Positions 61,102 through 64,000 of a stretch of DNA of 64,000 bases are shown piece by piece. A model generated the notes under the pieces. The model ran no database searches. It saw only the letters and a program-made list of their open reading frames with translations, and was not told the DNA's origin. The stretch is from positions 64,001 to 128,000 of the forward strand of contig CAVRZA010000006.1 of NCBI GenBank assembly GCA_963725665.1. Direction: 5' to 3'. Made by a program: the position numbers and the translations under genes. The stretch is from an uncultured Actinomycetes bacterium. GTDB taxonomy: Bacteria; Actinomycetota; Thermoleophilia; UBA2241. The first letter of the stretch is position 1, and each line of letters opens with the position of its first letter.

Positions 61102-61151
61102 CTCAGAGCAACTCCACAGTCATACTCGCTCTTCCCAATCAGGAGGCGTCC

Positions 61152-62372
61152 ATGGGTGGTTACGCGAAGGGCCCATTCGGTGTGGATTGGGAGGAGCGCA
61201 TCGATTTCACTCGGTTGAGGACCGACCGAGTCGACGCCGTCAAGAACGCACTGCGCACGTCCGAGTACGACGCCCTGTTGCTGTGGAAGGACGAGAACGT
61301 CAGGTATCTGACCTCGCTTCGAGCTCAGCTCATCGCTGGCAAGATGGCGGCCCTGAACGGCGTGCTGGTGACCGCGGACGCCGGGCCCATCCTCCTCTGC
61401 TCCGGTGGAGAGGTGGACAAGGCCAGGGCCGGCATGCCGTGGCTCGAAGGCATCCATGCCGTCCCGATCATGGAACAGCCCGAGCTTGTCGAGGGGTTCG
61501 TCAAGGCGACGCTGGCGCCGCTTCTGAAGGACCTGGGCGTCGCGGGTGGGCGGCTGGGCATGGATGAGGTCAACTTCTCCCTGATCGAGTCCATCAGGAT
61601 CAACGTTCCGGACCTGCAGCTCGCCAACGGGGACTCCCTCATGCAGCAAGTCCGGATCATCAAGACCCCCGACGAGATCGCCGTGATCGAGGAGGCCTGC
61701 GCCATCGCCGACTCGGTCGCCCAGCGGGCCATCGACGAGACCCGGGCCGGACGCCGGGAGTGCGAGGTGGCCGGTGACGCCATGCAGACGCTCTTCTACC
61801 TGGGCGGTGAGCTCCCCCACGTCCTCACGCCGTTCTTCGCGTCGGGGGAACACATGTCGCCACCACATCGGATCAGCACCGACAAGATCATCCGCAACGG
61901 GGACCTGTGCTTCGTCGACATTGGCGCCATGTGGAACGGCTACTACGCCGACATCGGACGGACGACCATCGCCGGTCGACCGACGAAGGTGCAGAAGCAG
62001 ATCTATACCGCGGTCTATGAGGGTCTGATGGCGGGCATCGCCGAGATGCGGCCCGGCAACACCAACTCCGGCGTCGCCGAGCGCATCATCGCCAAGGTCC
62101 GCGACCATGGGTTCGGCGAGCGCATGCTCAGCCTCTTCATCGGCCACGGCATCGGCATCGGAGCCAATGAGCCGCCCTACATCGGCGAAACGCTTCCCGG
62201 GTCCACGGCGATCGAGCTGAAGCCGGGAATGGTCTTCGCCGTCGAGCCTCTCGTCTGGGTGCCCGGCGTCCGCGGAGGGGGTGGGGTCCGCATCGAGGAC
62301 ATGATCCTGATCACTGAAGGCGAGCCGCAGGTCCTGTCCCGGGTCGAGTACGAAGAGCGACTGCTGGACTGA
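61152..62372 (+). CDS. M24-family (pita-bread fold) metallohydrolase
   Basis: RBS AGGAGG; VDWEERIDF, IKTPDEI, VDIG..GYYADIGRT, GHGIG, VEP, GVRIED. Confidence 0.92.
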   Translation: MGGYAKGPFGVDWEERIDFTRLRTDRVDAVKNALRTSEYDALLLWKDENVRYLTSLRAQLIAGKMAALNGVLVTADAGPILLCSGGEVDKARAGMPWLEGIHAVPIMEQPELVEGFVKATLAPLLKDLGVAGGRLGMDEVNFSLIESIRINVPDLQLANGDSLMQQVRIIKTPDEIAVIEEACAIADSVAQRAIDETRAGRRECEVAGDAMQTLFYLGGELPHVLTPFFASGEHMSPPHRISTDKIIRNGDLCFVDIGAMWNGYYADIGRTTIAGRPTKVQKQIYTAVYEGLMAGIAEMRPGNTNSGVAERIIAKVRDHGFGERMLSLFIGHGIGIGANEPPYIGETLPGSTAIELKPGMVFAVEPLVWVPGVRGGGGVRIEDMILITEGEPQVLSRVEYEERLLD

Positions 62373-62386
62373 GAGTCACATCACTC

Positions 62387-63361
62387 ATGGCCACCCCCCG
62401 GTCTGGCGTTCGGGGAAGTCTGTCGGGAGACGGCCTTCAGTCCGAAGGGTCTGCCGTGCTGCGTGGCCCGCTGGTCTATCTCGTTGGCGGCGCCACCGTC
62501 CTCATCTTCGGGATCAACTGGCCCATCATGGCGCGAGGCGACCAGATGATGCCCGCCATGTGGCTCGCGTCCTTCCGGCTGGTGGGCGCCGCCGCGATCG
62601 TCTTCGCCGTGGTGGCCGCGAGGGGCAGCCTCTCGAAGCTCAACCGGCAGGATGTGCCCGTGCTCCTGTCGGTGGGGTTGGTGCGCGTCGGGCTGGTGAA
62701 CGCCCTGGTGTTCAGCGCGCTCCGGTTCGTTCCGCCCGGCCGCGCCTCCGTCGTCGCGTACACTGCGAGCCTCTGGACCCTCCCGATCGCCGCCCTCTGG
62801 CTCGGGGAGAAGCTCACGCCGAGGCGGGTCGGGGGCGTTGCCGCCGGGTGCCTGGGGTTAGTCCTGCTCCTCGAGCCGTGGGCGCTCGACTGGTCCGATT
62901 CGCGGCTCATCGTCGGCCTGGGCATGTTGCTTACCGGCGCGGTGATAATGGCCGCCACCACGGTGCACATCCGCGGTCACCGCTGGCAGGCGACGGCCTT
63001 CGAGCTGATGCCGTGGCAGCTCATGCTGGGCGCCGTGCCCACGGTCGCGCTCGCCTGGATGCTCGAGGGGCCACCCGCCGTCGAGTGGAGTGCCGTGGCC
63101 GTGGCGATCATCGTCTTCCAGGTCGTGTTCGCCTCCAGCTTCGCCATGTGGGGGGAGCTGTCGCTCTGCCGCAGCCTGCCCTCGATCTCGGCGAACCTCT
63201 TCCTCATGGCGGTGCCCGCGATCGGGCTCGGCGCGTCCGTCCTCTGGGCGGGAGAGACACTCACCGTGGCGGCCGCCGCCGGGTTCGGCCTGATCCTCGG
63301 GGGAGTCGCCGTGGGGCTTCTTTCTCCGACGTCAGACGCCGTGCCGGCCCAGATGCCATAG
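62387..63361 (+). CDS. EamA/DMT transporter
   Basis: Two EamA repeats; FGINWP, R..GA, A.LWLGEKL, W.GET. Confidence 0.9.
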   Translation: MATPRSGVRGSLSGDGLQSEGSAVLRGPLVYLVGGATVLIFGINWPIMARGDQMMPAMWLASFRLVGAAAIVFAVVAARGSLSKLNRQDVPVLLSVGLVRVGLVNALVFSALRFVPPGRASVVAYTASLWTLPIAALWLGEKLTPRRVGGVAAGCLGLVLLLEPWALDWSDSRLIVGLGMLLTGAVIMAATTVHIRGHRWQATAFELMPWQLMLGAVPTVALAWMLEGPPAVEWSAVAVAIIVFQVVFASSFAMWGELSLCRSLPSISANLFLMAVPAIGLGASVLWAGETLTVAAAAGFGLILGGVAVGLLSPTSDAVPAQMP

Positions 63362-63434
63362 TCATCATGCGGTAGGCGCGCGAATGCGATAGGATGCATG
63401 ATGTCAAGTAAGTACGAGCGGGAGGGAGAAGGCG

Positions 63435-63749
63435 ATGCTCCGACACGTGGCCATGTTCAAGTTCAAGGAGGACGCCACCGAGGAGCAAAAGCGCGCCTCT
63501 CGAGACGCGCTCGCGAACCTCAAGGGGACGGTGCCCAGTCTGCGTGAGATGACCGTCGGCCGCAACCTGGAGCACGACCTCTACGACCGTGCGGTCTATC
63601 GGAACTGGGACATGGTCCTGGTGGCGGATTTCGACGACCTCGAGGGACTGCGCAGCTATTTCGCGCACCCCGTCATGAAGGCCGCCTCCGATCTCACCGC
63701 TTCGGTGACCCAGAAGGAGATCACGGCCAGGGTGCAGTTCCTGTACTGA
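63435..63749 (+). CDS. Dabb (stress-responsive A/B barrel) protein
   Basis: MLRHVAMFKFK..L..VP.L..GRN..WD..L..DFDD..L..Y..HP. Confidence 0.88.
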   Translation: MLRHVAMFKFKEDATEEQKRASRDALANLKGTVPSLREMTVGRNLEHDLYDRAVYRNWDMVLVADFDDLEGLRSYFAHPVMKAASDLTASVTQKEITARVQFLY

Positions 63750-64000
63750 GAGTGCGGGCAAAAGGCGGAGGAGTCCAGGCAAGGGAATGGACGCCCCAGA
63801 GCAGCCCGGCGCCCCAGATTCACGCCTCGAGAGGAGACTCAATGCCAATAGTCGACGTGCATGCTCACATCACCCCGCGCCGGTTCGTGGACGCAATCGA
63901 ACGGGACGGCCAGTGGCACACGCTCGGCCCCGACGTGGGCGAGCTTCACATCCCCAAGTTCTCGATCTCATCCGCCGAGCATGTGGCCGACCTTGACCGC

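Noticed and set aside
63787-63996. 69-aa ORF at the window end
   Set aside because: No recognisable motif; low-complexity Arg/Pro-rich translation.

Overview
GC-rich bacterial DNA, by gene content probably an anaerobic actinobacterium such as Thermoleophilia (inference). About 20 genes, mostly in 1-39 kb, are split by 1-bp indels that look like long-read errors. The window is a dense anaerobic catabolic region. It encodes three paralogous pyrogallol-phloroglucinol transhydroxylase-family alpha/beta pairs: one keeps the AthL active-site residues and two are divergent. It also encodes an acetylene-hydratase-family Mo/W enzyme with an NrfC/NrfD-like membrane module, an aldehyde:ferredoxin oxidoreductase (AOR), and modABC-mobB behind a Moco riboswitch. 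A block of amine, aldehyde and acyl-CoA enzymes follows (class III aminotransferase, Liv-type ABC transporter, Fe-ADH, MoaF, thiolases, SDR, BKACE, crotonase, CoA-transferase III, aromatic amino-acid decarboxylase). That block is tied together by a repeated TGRTAY-N4-ATAYC palindrome and three close IclR paralogs. The right part holds a non-pyrrolysine MttB, a Fic/pRiA4b islet, a Thermotoga-type IolN/IolO-like operon with a split transketolase, an FAD/Fe-S dehydrogenase, an orphan IlvC with an NADH-type loop, and a GntR/M24/EamA module. No rRNA, tRNA, CRISPR or transposase was recognised.
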